Origin: Ignavibacteriota bacterium
GTDB lineage: Bacteria > Bacteroidota > Ignavibacteria > UBA10030 > CAVZMI01
Reading direction: 5' to 3'
Length of the DNA: 62,482 bases
Assembly (NCBI GenBank): GCA_963776275.1
Contig: CAVZMI010000010.1
Location: forward strand, 1 to 62,482
How positions within the stretch are numbered: position 1 is the stretch's first letter; each line of letters begins with the position of its first letter. Below the pieces are notes generated by a model, which saw only the letters and a program-made list of their open reading frames with translations, was not told the origin of the DNA and made no database searches. The position numbers were made by a program, and so were the translations under genes. Shown here piece by piece: positions 60,400-62,482 of the stretch.

Positions 60400-62482
60400 G
60401 TGACGCGAACATCCACGCGTGCGGCGCCCCTCGTGGCGGCGGCCCTACTCGCCGCCGCGGCGGCGTTCGCGGCGCCGACGCCGGCGACTCCCGCCGCGCC
60501 CCGGGGCCCGGCGTTCGGGAAGAACTCCGTCAGCGGCAGCGATCACCGAAGTGGACGGCGAGCCCGACGTCGACGACTCGTGTCACCGCTGCTCGCCGGC
60601 GAGACGCTCACAGTGACGGTGGTCTCGCCGAAGTCGTCTCCGCTCGTCCCTGCGCTCCACGTCCTGGATCCAGCGGGCGCCGACCGGACGCCGACGCTCG
60701 CCGTCGGCGCCGGCGGGAAGACCCTCGCGTTCACGTCGTTCCCGATCGACGTGACGGGCCGCTGGGTCGTCCGGGTCGCCGGAACGAGTGGCACCCCGGC
60801 GCCTACTCGGCCGCGTTCAAGATCGGGACCGCCACGAGTTCGGCACCAAGTCGGGCACACTCGGCGGCATCGCCGTCGACCGCGTCGCACACGTTCGAAC
60901 TGACGGACGGCGCCGTCGTGTCGCTCACGCTGCGCCCCATCGGCAAGGGTGACGTATCCGTCGGTTCGATCACGGACCCGACAGGGCAGTCGGCCCGCGC
61001 GCTGTTCCTCGCGCTCGCCACCAAGAAGGGCGTGACGACGCTCAAGAAGCTGGCGTTCACGGGCCCCTCCGGCCGGTACACGGTTAGCGTCGCGACCCCG
61101 AGCACCACGGTGAAGTACCGCCTCGACATCACCGTGCTGCCGCTCCCGCGGGCGAAGGGGAAGGCGAAGCTCACCGGGATGGAACCGCGGCTCGCGCCCA
61201 TGCCCGAGCCGCTGCGGATCGCCGACTCGTTCGCAGCCACCCTTCACGGTCACGACTTTTCGGCCGAGCCGCCGGTGCGCGTGTCGGACGATTCGAGGGA
61301 GCCGTCCGGGACGTCGCGCAGGACGGCACGTCCGTCACCGTCGTGGTGCCCGGTCTCGTAGCGCCGTCGCTCTCAGGCGTCACCGTCCAAAATCCCGACG
61401 GGCAGGCGTCGTCGCGCGAGGGCCTCGTGCTCGCCGTCCCGCCGCCTGCGGCGTTGGACCTGAGGAACGCCCTGGGCCAATCCACCCGCTCCGGCCGCAT
61501 CGTCGGCGGCGACAGCTTGCAGATCACCGGCGCCGGCTTCGACGAGATGACGAAGGTCGCCTTCGGGACCGGCGAGGCGACGGTGACGCAGCCGATCGGA
61601 CCGACGCTGTTCACCGTCACCAGCCCAGCCCACGCACGCGGGCTCGTGGACGTCACCGTCCGGGACGACTTCGGACGCACGTGGACGGTGCCCGGCAAGT
61701 TCCTCTTCGCCTATCCCGGCTGGGCCGAGGGCGACACCGGACGGCTTCCGGCCGCGACGACGGCCGACGACGCCCGCGCCTCCCGCGCCGCGAGCGGCGA
61801 CGTCAACGGCGACGGCCGTCCGGACCTCGTCCTCGTCTCGCCCCTGCACACCAAGGAAGCAGCTCGCCGTCCACGGGACTCGGACCACGTTCACGCGCGT
61901 GCTGACGCAGGACGCCGGCCACCAGTTCGTTGACGTGACGGACACGAAGTTCCCCGCGGCGACGGCCCAGCCGCTCCCCTACGACACCGACGACTGGAAC
62001 GCCCGCGCGGTCGCGATCGGCGACCTCGACAAGTCCAAGGGCGGCGACGTTCTGATCGCGGGCTTCGCCGAGGTCACGAGCGACGGCTTCACCGACGGGT
62101 TCCTCTACGGCCAGAACTCCCTCGTCTCCGGCCTGCGCGCGTTCCGCAACAACGGAACCGGCGGGTTCGGCATCGCCGCAGCGGACCAGGCTGCGCCGCA
62201 GCGGCGCGCAGCGACGCTTTTCGGCGTGGACGGGAACAGCCAGCCGCGCGCGCTGCTCGGACCCTACGGCAACGACCGCGGCGATCCGACCCAGATCGTG
62301 CTCGGCGATCTCGACGGCGACGGCGATGACGACGTCGTCGTGGCGCACGGCGAGTACGCGTTCCGGCGTGCCGTACAGGGCCTCGACGCACGCAGACTTC
62401 TCGAAGGCCCCCCCGACGATCCCGACCGCGGACGCCGACGCATTCGTCCTCGGACCGGACCGCGTCCTCGCGTTCGTCGCGG
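60400..62482 (+). CDS. GC-rich secreted protein with IPT/TIG-like and FG-GAP-like repeats; multiply frameshifted, truncated by the window end
   Basis: Ala-rich signal peptide, ITGAGF..VAFG, VTVQNPDG and GDVNGDGRPDLV segments spread over several frames. Confidence 0.6.

Overview
About 60 kb of moderate-GC bacterial chromosome, probably Ignavibacteria-like or another T9SS-bearing FCB lineage (inferred from QNYPNP-type C-terminal sorting domains, sigma70-type promoters and Shine-Dalgarno sites). It is followed by an abrupt switch near 60.1 kb to very GC-rich, heavily frameshifted DNA that is probably a chimeric join. Most genes are housekeeping or accessory: GH2 beta-glucuronidase, isocitrate dehydrogenase family, DusB, PolX, Nth, LpxL, WaaF, MazG, an amidohydrolase, a hybrid kinase, a sodium:solute symporter, a TetR-TolC-MFP-RND operon, a two-component system, a T9SS repeat protein and an uncharacterised DJ-1/TPP/EthD/SnoaL/VOC cluster. 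Scattered frameshifts suggest long-read consensus errors. The standout is 40.4-42.1 kb: one intact initiator tRNA-Met gene followed by four 349-bp tandem units. Each unit encodes an 87-aa GIY-YIG nuclease whose 3' end overlaps the next tRNA copy. Every downstream tRNA copy has a 15-nt TCCGCC-NNN-GGCGGA hairpin swapped into its D-loop (the last copy also into its T-arm), and an upstream tRNA fragment is interrupted at the same D-loop position by different hairpins. Related hairpins, often nested inside one another, occur at 15.8, 33.8, 34.9 and 46.5-47.3 kb. This suggests an integrase-free, tRNA-anchored GIY-YIG/short-palindrome selfish system; the mechanism is inference, not demonstrated.
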